Shown here piece after piece: positions 1 to 13,151 of a stretch of DNA of 64,000 nt. Within the stretch, counting starts at the first letter, position 1. Each line of letters opens with the position of its first letter. The translations under genes and the position numbers were made by a program. The notes under the pieces were generated by a model. The model was given only the letters and a program-made list of their open reading frames with translations, ran no database searches and was not told where the DNA came from. Source of the DNA: Vicugna vicugna (Eukaryota); contig MU058824.1 of the NCBI GenBank assembly GCA_013265495.1, positions 248,001 through 312,000 on the forward strand, read 5' to 3'.

Positions 1-19
1 GTATGTATTTATTGGGGGA

Positions 20-80
20 AAAAAATCCATGCATAGGTGGACCCGTGCAGTTCAAACAGACCTTGTCCAAGGGTCAACTG
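20..80 (+). mobile_element. 3' end of Tigger2-family DNA transposon (MER8/MER28-like)
   Basis: ggacccgtgcagttcaaac...caagggtcaactg followed by TA; resembles the Tigger2 terminal inverted repeat. Confidence 0.7.
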
Positions 81-244
81 TATTTAAGCAGAAATCAAAA
101 GGAAGTTGACTTGCAGTTTCATTTGTAGAAGAAATCTGGGGTTCCTATACTTAAATTGAACAAAAATGTTTGTTAAGACTAAAAGAAAAGATCATCTGGA
201 ACAGTATAGAAGGTTACTTTTTAAAAAGAGATTTGTTGGAAATA

Positions 245-724
245 CAGTACAAACATATTATTGTGTTTTCAGTTCATTGCGCTTGGAGGGTGTTGTGTAA
301 CTTTTTAGAAATTGAAGGTTTGTGGCAACCTTGCATCAAGCAAGTCTATCGGCATCATTTTTTAACAGTATTTGCTCACTTCGTGTCTCTGTGTCACATT
401 TTGGTAATTCTTGGGAGTATTTCAAACTTCTGTTATTCTGTTTCTTATGGTAATGTCTGGTCACTGTTCTTTGATGTTATTACTATGACTCACTGAAGGC
501 TCAGATGGTGATTAGTATTTTTTACTAATAGAGTATATTTTAGTTAAGGTGTGTACTTTTTTCCAAAGGCATAATGCTGTTGCATACTTAATAGACCACA
601 GTATCGTGTAAACATAACTTTTAGACATACCAGGAAACAAAATAATTCATGTGACTTGCTGTATTGTGATACTTTTCTTGTGGTGGTCTGGAACCAAACC
701 CACAGTATCTTTAAGGTATGCCTC
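245..724 (+). mobile_element. Internally deleted Tigger1 derivative (MITE-like)
   Basis: Tigger1 5' sequence (aaattgaaggtttgtggcaaccttgcatcaagcaagtctatcggc) joined near 485 to Tigger1 3' sequence (atgactcactgaaggctcagatg...aggtatgcct). Confidence 0.8.
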
Positions 725-940
725 TATATAGAAAGTTTAATAAGGACTCCATTGAAGATCTAGAATCTGAAATTCTTAAGGGCAGCTATCATTTTGGGAG
801 AACCTTATAATTAAAGGAACAGAACAAATTAAGTTGGTGGGGTTGGAGGAAACTTACTGGTGTTTCCTGTAATCAATAGATCATTGTTTCTGTTGTGAGA
901 CAGCTTATTACAGTTGGCTAACTTACTCGTATGCCTAAGA

Positions 941-1472
941 CAGCAGTTCTCAAAGTGTGGTCTGTGTCGCGTAGGGTCACAGACTATTTTTACAATTATA
1001 TTAAGATATTATTTGCCTTTTTCATTGTTCTGACGTTTGCACTGATGGTACAAAAGCATTGGTGGGTAAAACAGCTGATATCTTAGCATGAATTAAGGCA
1101 GTGGCACCAAACTGTACTAGTAGATGTTGTACAGTCATCCCTCTGTATCTGCCAGGGGTTGGTTCCAGGACCCCCTGCAGATCCAAAATCCATGGACGCG
1201 GTCCCTCAGTAGGCCCTACATATCTGCACACTCCGTATCCATGAATTCAAAAAACCATAGTTCATAAACACACATAACACACAATGCACAGTTGGTTGAG
1301 TATGTGGATGCATTACCCGTGGATATGGAAGGCCAACTGTATTCATCACCATGCACTCACAGTGTAAAAACATGCCAGTTTCACTTAAAAATTTCTCAAT
1401 AAAGTAGTAAAAAATTACTAATTTTATTAAGTCACAATCCTTGAGAGCATATTTTTCATATTCTGTGTGATG
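941..1472 (+). mobile_element. hAT Charlie1-like fragment, interrupted by a MER2-type element
   Basis: cagcagttctcaaagtgtggtc start; atttgcctttttcattg...gcactgatggtacaaaagca...aaggcagtggcaccaaactgtactagtag motifs; resumes after 1341. Confidence 0.7.
1132..1339. mobile_element. MER2/MER2B-like TcMar-Tigger MITE
   Basis: Imperfect TIRs cagtcatccctctgtatc / gatatggaaggccaactg; TA duplication at 1130-1131 and 1340-1341. Confidence 0.78.
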
Positions 1473-1539
1473 ATCTATGTGGCTGAAATTCTTTGGTATG
1501 TAGCCAAAATAGACCTGTTTTGGAATTTTTCCTTTGGCC

Positions 1540-1780
1540 TAGGTTCGTCTCTTCTTTCACCAGTACTGTACTGTCTTGATTACTGTAGTTGGACAGTAAG
1601 TCTCAGAAGTGGTAGTTAAGAATCTTCCAACTTAGTTCTACTTTAGTCTTGTATTGGGTAGTCTAGGTCTTCCTTAAAAACTTTAGAATCAGTTTGTTAA
1701 TAACTACAAAATAACTTGCTGGGATTTTGATTGGAATTGTATTGAATCTATAGATCTAGTTAGGGAAAATTGATACTTAA
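1540..1780 (-). mobile_element. Old L1 ORF2-region fragment
   Basis: ctgtcttgattactgtag...gggattttgattggaattgtattgaatctatagatc, typical antisense L1. Confidence 0.7.
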
Positions 1781-4023
1781 ACTGCAGAGATGGTGCAAAA
1801 CTGGGATTAAGTTTTGTGTAAGAGCTGCTTTTACTCCCAGTTCACCTTTACCCTGGAAGAGAAGCCTTTAAGGGTCCAGCTTGAAGTAGGGATAATATAC
1901 AGAAGTCCCTGTGTTTTGCAGGCCCTGGGCTTTGACTTTTCCCTGTGAGGCCAGTAAAAGCTGCTTCAGTTTTCCGACTTTTTCTTTGAAATTAGCAGTT
2001 GCCTTCAGGACTAAGCCTTGAGCGTTGAGATCTTGCTTTTTCTTAAATTTGGGGGCCCTGTAAATGTTCATTATCTTGTTAGCTTTTGAATTGTTAAAAA
2101 CTATTTCATCCCACTTTTAAAGTTATTTTCAAGAAGGGAATTAGTTCTAATTATCTACAGTATAATTACTGAAAATGAGTTTTCACAGTGACCTGTCACC
2201 CTTATAGAATTTTAATGTGATATATTGAGACTTTTAACATTTTGTGTAAATTATTGAAGAAACAGGATAATTCTTCTAAGTTTGCAATGTCCATTGAGAC
2301 CTTTTAGACAATAATGGATTATGTTACTTGAGATAAGCTTAGGGTAAATCTTGGAAAGTCTACCTATGGTGAAGAAATGTTGCAATTGAGTTTTTTGTGG
2401 TCTAGTTAGTGTAAAATGCACCTTGGTTTTAAGCACTGAGCATTTTGGCAAAGAACCTACTAGTGATTCTGGGTTTGTGGTATAGATTGCTAGTCATCGG
2501 TGCCAGTTTTCACTCATTCTCCCTCTCTTAATGACAGAGTTTTCAGTTTTTAGCGGGGCATTTGACTACACAATATAAAAACTAGATTTTCCAGCTTCTT
2601 TTGTAGCTAAGAGTGATCTTGAGGGTAATTTCTATTTAAATAGCTCAGACTCCTCCCTCTAGTGTCAGACTTACACAGTGAGTTGTTTGATGGCCATCTC
2701 TGTTTGAATTTATACTAGACATGTTAAGCTTAACATATCAAAAGTAGAATTTATTTTCTGCATATTTGCCCCTTTCTGCTACAACATCTCCACTTACCAG
2801 TCACTGGTGCTAGAACCCTTAATTCCTCCAATCCTCATTGTCCCAAAACTCACATAAATTTATACTTTCAAGCGGACTTCAAATCAAGCTCATTTTTATT
2901 CTTAAATATCCCCCTTTCTCCTGTCTATACAAGCACTGACTCTAGTTTTGCACTTGTCATGTCTTGCCTGGATTGCTAAAATAAGTCATGCAGCTGCTGC
3001 TTTGTTTAGAGTCTTGTAACTCTCATTTTTTCTTTTCCATCCACAGAATTATCCATCTGAAAGAAGTTTTCAACCATGTTACTCCTATGCCTACAGAGTT
3101 AATTTTAGTCCTTAGCCTTCAACTCTCCATAATCTGGTCCTGTTTGACTTTTTCAGTCTCATTTGTCATTCCTAGCCCTACATTTGCTGCCCTGATAGCA
3201 CCAAATGTCTTTCCTCTTTTCATGTATTTGTAGTTCCTCACTTCTATGTCCTTTCTTGCTCATGCCTAATCCAGGATTAACTTTTTCCTTTAAAACAAGT
3301 TATTTTGAGGTATTTTTTATTTTAATCAACTTTACATGTTTCTAAACGTGGAAATAGACCCTGCTTTTGAATACAGCATAGCCTGAAATGAGTTATTAAT
3401 GTCCGAAGTTGCAAATTTTGTTTTTATTAAGGCATTCTATTTGAAGTTTTTTTGAAATATCTTTCAAGCTTTGAATGAATGTGTTTTATTTGGCTAGAAA
3501 AAAAGATTTTAATATGTGAGATGTGAGTCATAAAAGTAAGTCATTTCAAAATAGTGCTTATCCAGACCAGTCTTGTATTTCCCACATAAGGAAATTGTGG
3601 CCAGGAGAAAGTGGTTCTGTTCAGTCATAATTAGTTAGAAGCAGAATCAAGGTCTGCTGTGTCCTCTATCCAAATATAAGTATCTGCTTTAAAAAAATCT
3701 TCCAAGTGTGTTGAGGTTTTCAAGTCTTCTTGCCTCCAAGTTACATCTAAGATTACCAGGCAGTGTTACAAGAGCCTATACTTTTTTGTGTGAATAGCAA
3801 CTTGGATAATGAACTGAGAAGCATGCACTCTTATTTATGCTTTTAACATCCCTGAATTCATAATGAATGGTTTATTTACTAAATAGTGGCCTGATATACC
3901 TGTCTTCTTGGCAGTTTGTTCCAGGAGGAAATATTTTTTGACCCATTGATGATGATTTTAAGTATGTTAAGTGAAGCAGGTATGATAGATAAAACACTTA
4001 CAGATGTGTGTCTTTGTTTTTAG

Positions 4024-4262
4024 CTTCAAGCACTGCACGATTCTGTCCAATAATGTAGATCATCTGTTACTGAATTTAACACTGTCTGATATCATGGTCT
4101 CCCTGGCAAATGCCTCAACTTTGCAGAAAGACTCCAGCTGGATAGAAGTGATAAGGAAGTTTGTGACGGAGACCCTCGAAGATGGCTCTAGGCTAAATAG
4201 TAAGCAGCTGAACAGATTGCTTGGGGTTTCATGGAGGTTAATGCAGATACAACCAAACAGAG
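4024..4262 (+). CDS. TEX10: TEX10 internal coding exon (probably exon 6), 239 nt
   Basis: ttttag|C...AACAGAG|gtaggt; translates [79 protein letters not shown]; phase joins the next exon. Confidence 0.93.
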
Positions 4263-4991
4263 GTAGGTGCTGCTACTTTGTCCTTGTTTAAGAGAGCTGC
4301 TCCTATGCATGCTGTGTAGGGTCTAACGTTGAACTGATGACTTTCAGACATTTCATGTAGTCAAGTTATTTACATTTAAGTCTTAAAAGGTAGCTTGCAT
4401 AATTATAAAGGAATATCTCCTTGAACGCTGAAATCTTTCATGGCTCAGAGCATCCCCTTCTTAGTGGGTAGGTCCATTCTGAAGTGAATTACTAGGATTT
4501 CTCCTAGACTTGTACTAAAGTTGTAGTAAAAGAAGGTAGGTGTTATTAAGACAAAATGACATTGAGTGTAGTGATGAAGAAATAACCTCTTCTAATCTAA
4601 TTTGACTAGAAATTGATGAATCCTCCTTATCTCTTTACTTTTCTTCTAGCTTGAAGTTGTGTCACATTGTTAGTTTTTAGTGCGACTTGCTGATTCTTTT
4701 CATTCAAAAACAGAGCTTTCCTGTTTGATTCCCATCTTATCTGCCTTTCTCGTTTTCTGGTTTTTGTCATCCCTACCTAGGTTTGTTGTCTTTTAGGAAA
4801 ATGTATACTGTAATCTTTGGTTGGTTTGTATTAGTCAGGCCACTGCTATAGGATTTTGATGATAGTTATCAGTTTGTGGCTAAGATCTGCTTTGTCATAG
4901 GAACAAAATACAGTATTTATGTGTGTTTTAGAAAAATTTGGGGACTGGTGAAGAAACATTTTGACCCATGTAGTTTTTTCTCTGTTTTTAG

Positions 4992-5127
4992 AGGCTACAG
5001 AGTCTCTCATTAAGGCAGTTTATACATTGTATCAGCAGAGAGGCCTTCTCCTTCCAGTTCGGACTTTGTTACTGAAATTTTTCAGCAAAATCTATCAAAA
5101 AGAAGAACTGAGATCTTACAGAGTCAG
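4992..5127 (+). CDS. TEX10: TEX10 coding exon, 136 nt
   Basis: ttttag|AG...GTCAG|gtaaag; (E)[44 protein letters not shown](R); absent from the ORF track, read manually. Confidence 0.93.
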
Positions 5128-5499
5128 GTAAAGTTTCATTTGTTATTTTCCCTTGCTTTTTCTTGCCGAGTTATTTTGTAGTCCAAATAAGGCAATAGGG
5201 TGATTAAATATTTAGAGAAATTAACTATTTTTATCTTTTCTTAAACTATTCCATTTAAGAAAAGATAAAAAATTTTATAAAGAAGCAGATATAATAGTGC
5301 CAGTAATCTTTATACACATAAATGAGCAGGTAAGTCTCTTTGAGCATGTATTTCCACTTGTCCAATGACATTTAAAGGACAATTAGAACAACCTGTAGCA
5401 GCCTCAGCCTTTTCTTTCGCTTCCCATAAAAATAATGGAGGTTGAGCCACTAGCTCTTAGTGACATATTGGGACATACAGTGTAAGTATGAGGACAATA

Positions 5500-5750
5500 G
5501 AAAGAGATGGTATGAAATAGGAGAAGGGGGTTAAGAGGTACAAACCTCCAGTTACAAATAAGCCATTGAGTATTATATATAACATAAGGAATATGGTCAA
5601 TAATATTGTAATAACTTTCTATGTGGACAGATGGTTACTAGACTTACAGCATGATGATCATTTCATAATATATGCAAATATCAAATCATTAGGATATACC
5701 TGAAACTAACATAACACTGTATGTCAACTATATTTTAATATTTTTTTTAA
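5500..5750 (+). mobile_element. L1 3' UTR end (L1MA/artiodactyl-type)
   Basis: aagaggtacaaacctccagttac...aatatggtcaataatattgtaataac...tgtatgtcaactata. Confidence 0.7.
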
Positions 5751-5974
5751 ATGAGGGCAATAGGCGATATGAAGGTTTCTCTTACTTTGGTGCTATCAGG
5801 TGAGATAGACAATAAAGAAGTAGAACTGAGGAGTCAGTTTTTTGATATGGTGAGTTTCAGGTTTATTTGGGATAGTCAGGAAGAGATGTTTGGGTGGAAG
5901 ACAGAGACTTGGGATACCTCAGCATATGTAGGTAACTGGAACATATTCAAGTCTTTACAGTAAATCAGATGCTT

Positions 5975-6140
5975 TTCATAGTTTCTCAATAATTCTCATA
6001 CTTTGAGGTAGGTACTGTTTTCCCTTACAGAGGAAACAGGCTTAGGTTAAATAAGTTGGTGAGTGTCATGCAGCTAAAGGGCAGCAGAACTGAGACTTAA
6101 GTTCAGGTCTGTCTGACTACAGAGGTCATGCTTAAATCAC
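5975..6140 (-). mobile_element. MIR SINE
   Basis: ttacagaggaaacaggcttaggttaaataagttg...gtcatgcagcta...caggtctgtctgact core. Confidence 0.6.
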
Positions 6141-6602
6141 TAAAGTCTTCGGGGACAGCAAAAGTGGCTAAGTGAGTAAGGAGACATTAGAGCATTAGCA
6201 AGTATAGGAAAGAACTAAAATGACAGGTTTGAAGCCATTTAATGTGGGAGCACCCTACACTGAATGCATCAGTGACTTAATATAATAATTAACACTGATT
6301 AGGATGAATAGTTCACAAAGAGTTAAGTCGTGTCTGTGTCTTTTAAGATAAAAAGTACAATTTAGATAGTACCCCAGATTACATGAACAAAATTTAGTGG
6401 GTAAAACCTTAGAAAATACTATGGCTGAATAAATGATGCTGCCATCTTATAGCCTCTCATATTTAAATGAAGAAATATGGTGTTATTAGTAGAGGATCTG
6501 TCACTTCGTGATGTGTTGAAGTTAAAAATAGTCTTTGTTTACATTTATTTCCCTTGTCTTTGAAAATTATACTTTATTTTGTTCTTCCTTGGCCTTTCTT
6601 AG

Positions 6603-6778
6603 GTGTCGTAGTAAAGTGTTATCCCGATGGTTGGCTGGTTTACCGTTGCAGCTTGCTCATCTTGGCTCCCGAAACCCTGAGCTCTCAACACAGCTTATTG
6701 ATATCATCCATACTGCTGCAGCACGAGCAAATAAAGAATTGCTAAAAAGTTTACAAGTTACTGCTCTCCGAATCTATG
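6603..6778 (+). CDS. TEX10: TEX10 coding exon, 176 nt
   Basis: ttcttag|G...ATCTATG|gtaaga; [58 protein letters not shown]. Confidence 0.94.
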
Positions 6779-7269
6779 GTAAGAGTTCTGTTTAACCATG
6801 TGAGTAATAATTAGTCTACCCTGATTTAGGAAAGAAGTTTTAAAGGGGGGCTCTTTAGGCTTGCTTTTCCTTTAAATTATTGTAAATTAATTATAGCATG
6901 GTAAAATTAACAAAACGTCAAACAGTAAATTTGTTTTCAATAGTAAGTATTATTTATTAGGATAGTTTTAGAAGGTTAATGGTTGTAGATGCTTCTTGCG
7001 TTCTTAAGTTGTCTTAAACCACATTATTCATAAATTCAGAACTGGTCAGGTATTTTTACAAAATTCTTTTGAAGCTTTGGTGGCAAATTTTATGTATTTA
7101 ATCATCATGGATATCTTGTATGACTTCTCTGTATTAATAATTCTTTATTCATCTCTGGAACTATTTCATTTTTTAAGCAAAAATATCAATACAAGCATAC
7201 TGGTATATATACATATATACAAATCCACATTATTGGGATATGATTCATGTATCATAAAATTTGGTATTT

Positions 7270-7670
7270 TACAATGTACAATTCATTGTATTTTAATGTA
7301 TTTCCAAGATTGTGCATTTGTCACCACTATCTAATTCCAGAAAATTTTTATCCCATCAGAAAGACACTGTACCGTTAGTAGTTCTTCCCCGTGTCCTCCT
7401 TCCCCAGCTCCTGGCAACCACTAATCTATGTTTCTGTCTCTATATATTTGCCTGTTCTGGACATTAGTTATAGATGGGATTAAATAATACGGGTCTTTGG
7501 AGTCTGGCTTCTTTCACTTAGCATACTGTTTTTAGGATTCGTCCATGTTGTAGCATATATCAGTACTTCATTTCTTTTTAGTGCTGACTAGTAGTATTCC
7601 ATTGTGTGGGTATACCTCTTACATTTGTCCATTCATTAGGTGATGGACGTTTAGTTTGTTTTTACCTCTT
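7270..7670 (-). mobile_element. L1 (L1MB/ME-type) 3' fragment
   Basis: cctggcaaccactaatcta...tctggcttctttcacttagcat...gtccatgttgtagcatatatcagtacttcatt. Confidence 0.75.
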
Positions 7671-8092
7671 GTGCGTAATATTTTTAAATCTGTTTTTCAG
7701 TATTGCTTATAAGTAGAGGTGTATGTATTTACACAAATAGGTCTTTGGGTTTTGATGTTATAATTGTCACTGTTTAGCACAAGTGCTTATTTTTCACTGT
7801 TTTGCTTTGTCTTATCCCTTTAGCCCGATCATCGTTCTTACTTAAGATAACACATTTGGTTGTACGAAATTATTAGTGTTAAGTGTATCTTAAAATGATT
7901 ATATTCAGTGTTTTACTTTAGATAATACTTTAAGCCATACATATATGCTTTATGATAAAAATTTTTCCCTTGTAATTGATACATTGGAATTCAACAAAAC
8001 AGTGAAAATAATTACTTAATCTGCTTTAGTATTTTAACTCTGGTTTGTATATCTTTTATAGTTGGATTTACTGTGTCTTCCTATCCCACTAG

Positions 8093-8270
8093 ATCCACAA
8101 GAAGGCACTGTGGTGGTTCTCCCAGCAGAGTCTCAGCAGCTTTTGGTCCAGCTTGTATATTTTCTACCCAGTCTGCCTGCTGATTTGCTTTCTCGGTTAA
8201 GTCGTTGCTGTATTATGGGAAGACTCAGTTCAAGTTTGGCTACCATGCTTATCGGGATACTGCACATGAG
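8093..8270 (+). CDS. TEX10: TEX10 coding exon, 178 nt
   Basis: cccactag|AT...CATGAG|gtagca; [60 protein letters not shown]. Confidence 0.94.
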
Positions 8271-8864
8271 GTAGCATGCTCAAGTGAGCTGTATTTTAAG
8301 TGTATAATCTTTTCCCATTACCCCCTGCCCTTTTACTGGCAATTCATGAACTACCGAAGACTTTTAAAGTTACATACTGCTCCTGCCTTCATTTCCTCTT
8401 ATTACAACAATTAAAACTGTTGATATTATTGCTAGAGAGTTAGTTCACTAGAGTAAGACTGTTTCAGGTTATTTGTTTAATGATTTGTATAGGTAGATTG
8501 GAATAGGGGTTAAAATTACCAGAAAGCATGTAGTAAGGGTTCAGTGGCAGGTGAGAGTGTTATGCTTAAAACCTGTGGTGTTGGAAAATTGCAACATAGA
8601 ACCTTCCTTTCTGGAAAGGAGCTCAGATTTAATGTAGCTGATGAAATAAATAAGTTTGTGGACTCAGACAAGGAATCTCTTGAAATACCTTTGCGTGTTT
8701 GTGTGTGTGTGTGTGGCAAAATATACGTAACACAGGGCCATCTTGGCTGATGGCTCCCTATTTGAGTGCCTTTTCCTTGCTTGAGTGCTTTTCTTTCCTT
8801 CTCCCAGTTCAAGCACTTTCCTTCATTTTCCTCTTTTGAGAAATAAAAGCAGTTTTTGCTCTGT

Positions 8865-9405
8865 CAAAAAAAAAAAATGTTCCGTGGCGTTAAGTACATT
8901 CACATTGTGCAGCTAGCACCACTGTTCATTTCCAGAGCTTTTCATCATCCGAAACTGAAACTGTACTGATTGTATCGCCCTCCCCCAGGCGCTGGTTACC
9001 ACTATTTTATTTTCATGATTTTGATTATTCTACGTAACATATAAATGGATTCATACAATATTTGGCCTTTTGTGTCTTGCTTATTTCACTCAGCATAACT
9101 CTTCAAGGTTCATTCATATTGTAGCATGGACCAGAATTTTCTTTTTTAAGGCTGAATAGTCAATATTCGATTCTATGTATATACCACATTTAGTTTATTC
9201 ATCTGTTGATGGACACTTGGTCATTTCCACCTTTTGGCCATCGTGAATAATGGCTACTGTGAACATTGGTGTACAAATACCTGTTTGAGTCCTTTTAATT
9301 CTTTCAGCTGTACACCCAGAAGTGGAATTGCTAGATCATGTGGTAAATCTGTGTTTAATTTTTCGAGGAACTGCCATACTGTCACAGTGACTGTACCATT
9401 TTAAC
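8865..9405 (-). mobile_element. L1 (L1MB-type) 3' fragment
   Basis: taagtacattcacattgtgc...tgatggacacttgg...cccagaagtggaattgctagatcatgtggtaa...gaggaactgccatactg. Confidence 0.78.
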
Positions 9406-12400
9406 TCTGAAAGGTTTTATAACTAGTAGTATTTCATACTGCGAGTATTCAGAGTATCCTTAAAAACCTCATGTTTGTATCTGGCATAGTACTTCAATAT
9501 TCAACAGTATTTATTACAGGTTGCGGCTCAGGGACAGGATCTGATACGGTTTTAGGCAGAAATTGAAATACAGACTGTAGCTGAAAAGTTTAAAGATTAG
9601 CTTCCTTTTGGCTTCTTGTACAGATTCCCTGTCCCACACCAAGTTAAACAGGAGTAGCTCACTTTATTAGATGTTCTTTAGCTTTGTTTGCCAGTCTCTT
9701 CATATCAGTGTAGGACATACATTTGATTTGAAGTACACCCACAGTGTACTTCATAACTCATGATAACCTTTCCTTATAGTAGAAGAGAGCTGTTTGCAAT
9801 GTGTTGTTTACATGTGAAAATTCAAGGTTTTATGTCTGTGTTCATGTGCATTAGAGAGAGACTTGGTCTTATTTTTAAGTCCTTTAAACATTTATTAGTT
9901 TCCCATGTTTTTCTCTTAGGAATTAAAAACAACAGCAATAAAACCCTGCTCTTTGTCTAGTGCAGGTAATTACTTAATGCTCAGCTTAAAAAAAAAATTA
10001 AATGTTTTCTTTTTCTATAACCTAAGTGGTTTCATATTTTTTAACTTCCAGTAGAGGGCACTCTGTTCCTTTGACATAACTACAGTGGCGGATCTATGTT
10101 AACATTCAGTTAAAATCAGCTTTTGAACATTTCTTGAAATTGATTCTCTTTGGAAGCTTATCATTAATATCTTTATCAACATCAATTTGATTCCCTTATT
10201 CTTAATAACTTGTCAAAATTTTTCTAAAAGTCTATTTTGCTTTTTTCAGTTTTTTTAAAAGTCTATTTTGCTTTTTTCTTTTTGTGGATTTGTGGTGAGT
10301 ATTGAGAAAACATTAATTTACAAATAATGATAGTAGGGGTTTAGAACATTAAGAGCAGATTGTCATTGTAGTTAAAAGTCCACCAAGTTAAATCTTGCTT
10401 TTTAGTATTTGCAGAGTCTATTAGTAGACTTATCTTTCTGTAGGTGTATTGTTCCCATTCAACCTAATCTCTTAAAAAATAGTACATGTTGTGGCCATGG
10501 GATCTCCAACTGCAAGAGCAACTTGGAGAGACTTTGACAGCACAGGTCAGCATCATACCTGCAGCTGCCACTCGCCTTTTCTAAAATATTAAAAGCAAAC
10601 AAACTACAAAATTGAGACCTTTCAGCTTTCTCAGGCCAGTGGCATTATTATTGTATCACTTTTCCTAGATTTAGAATTTAAGAATAATGTTTGGTTCCTT
10701 GGACATACCCTGAGTTATTTCATATCTTTGTTTTTCTTTTCAAAATATCCCTTCTCTCCTTGACCATGACTATAAACTAGCCAACTTTTTCATTATCTCC
10801 CTCCTGTACTATTACAGTAATCTTGCTTCTCAGTCCCATTGATTTTATGCAGTGTTGCCAGATTAATTTTCCTGAAATATTCCTTTAATCATTTCTGATT
10901 TTTGTCTGTTACATTAATTGGACTGTGAGATATAGTTCACTTGAGGTTTTGTAGTTCTGACGCTCTGTTGTCTCTAGCAGATTTTATCTAAGAACAGGAA
11001 ACCATCAAAGAATATGAGTTTGTTCCATGTGTGAAAAACCCGTCAACTAAAACCTGTTGGTGTTCATTTTAATCTTTTTAAAAGTGTACTTAGAATTGCT
11101 GTTCCTCCTTTTTTTTTTTTACCATGCATTTAGAGCTTTTTAGAGTTAGATCCCCCCCCCCATCTGTGTTGTTCTTTTGGCCTTAACTCATTCCTTATCC
11201 TCTCTGCCCCTAGTTTATGTACAGCTGGGTTAGGGAATATAAGACATAAATGTGGAAAGGGAATCTACACTGTCAGATAAAAATCTCAGAGAAGGGAGAA
11301 ACTCTTGGACTGAGAAATTTGGCTTAATTTTTAAGTTGGGTGGATATATGGGTTGGCGTGCCAGCAGCAATTCTGTCCCAGTGTAATTAGTAATAGCATC
11401 CCCTTTTACTCTCAGAACTGTTCTGGCTTGGACAGTATATTATAGTTTTAAGGACAGTGTGATAAACTGCTTTTCTTTCGTCCAAATTAGACTCTTAAAT
11501 GGATTTGCTACCCCTTTTAGCCACTGGATGGCATAGTTTCCACTGGGTTCTAGAGGGATATTTGCTTTCTAACCACCATTTTGTATGCTGTTCCATTGAG
11601 TATCTCTGACTTTTTATAACCTTTTAGCTTGTGGTATTCCCTCTATATCCGTTTGCTTATTGTGGAAATGATACTCAGAAGAGTGTTTCCATTTTTAACT
11701 TCCTAACTTATAAGAATATTAATAAATACAATTATTCCAATGGTAAAAAATTTTAAGTGCTTCTAGTTGTATTAGAAACTCCTAATTTTGTCTGACATTT
11801 ATTCAGATTTCTGTGATAAAAATTTGTAATCTCAGCTTGTTGAGTATGATCATTCTCATCCTTTTTTTTTTCTTCTTTTCTTTTGCTATATCCATGGTTG
11901 ACGTTTGCTCTCTTCCTTCTTGAAGGAACTGTTGAAGAGAGTTTTTAAAGGAGTCACTGGAAATTGATCTCATAGCAGGAATCAGATAAACCTCATTTAA
12001 TGAGAAGCTGCTTCACATTTAGCTATTCCCTTGAGTCCTCTACCAGTTCTTCAGCTACAGTATTTTGAAGCAAATCTAGTTATAGCCTTGCAAGGTATAG
12101 GAACACATAGTTATCTTAGAGCAGCTTTAAGAAATATTAGAGCAGCTTAAATATCTTTAAAAGAAATGTCTTAGAGCAGCTTAAAGAAATATTCTTTGCC
12201 TAATTAAGATACTTTTGCTTAGGCAGGAAGCTGGACCTTGTTTAAACTTAACTCATTTATGTAAGCAAGGTAAGACTTTATAAAAATCAAGTAGTAAATA
12301 CATAGCACTTGAACCTACTACTGAAAAGTTAAAACTTACCTTGACTCTTTCTGGAGTCTGATTTTCAAGTGGTGTGGAAATTTTTTAAGTTGTACCATAT

Positions 12401-12636
12401 ATGTAGACCAGTTACGCTTTTCATTGAAATTTTACATGAATATTAATATGTTAGAAGTTAAATTTTCCATAATGTGGTACTTGAACCCTTATATGTAAAG
12501 TTAACACATACTATGTGTTTTGTTTAAGCTATTAAACCAGACTTGTTTTCAATAAAGAAAAATGGTTATATACTGTGCTTTATTCTTGAGTCTTTAAGTT
12601 GGGCACGTCTAGTAATAGTTCTCCTATTTATTATAG

Positions 12637-12725
12637 ATCATCATTTTCTGGATGGAAGTATTCAGTTAAAGACTGGTTGATAAGTGATGTGGACTATTTC
12701 AGCTTCTTATTTTCAACACTTACAG
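12637..12725 (+). CDS. TEX10: TEX10 coding exon, 89 nt
   Basis: ttatag|A...TTACAG|gtaacc; [29 protein letters not shown](G). Confidence 0.93.
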
Positions 12726-13035
12726 GTAACCACATTTACCTGCCAAGTTAAGGAAGAGAAAAAACCTAGTATGAAGATTCTCCTAAGATGTACTGTCTTA
12801 CCTGTTTGGCTCTAAGTTTTGAAGATGATAAATAATCTATCCTGGAATCATTTTTATTGACTAATAAGTGGAAATTTTTGAAGGAATATTTGTACCCTAC
12901 ATTGTCAAGCTTTTGAGGCAGGGAGATGCATGATTCATCTTTAAGTCATAGTACAAGTATCAGAAACTTGACGATTATTTGAATGTCACGTAATTTATTA
13001 CATTTCCATTTTCTTCTTAGTCTTATTTCTCAACT

Positions 13036-13151
13036 TTTTTTTTTTAAGGGAATAGATTTAATTATTTCATCTATCTGTTTTTTTTAGTGGAGGTACTGGA
13101 GATTGAACTCAGAACCTAGGGCGTTCTACCACTGAGCTATACCCACCTCCC
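13036..13151 (-). mobile_element. tRNA-derived SINE, Vic-1-like (camelid), internally shortened
   Basis: Reverse complement reads gggaggtgggtatagctcagtggtagaac...gagttcaatctccagtacctcc plus A-rich tail; matches the copies at 28776 and 62576. Confidence 0.75.
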
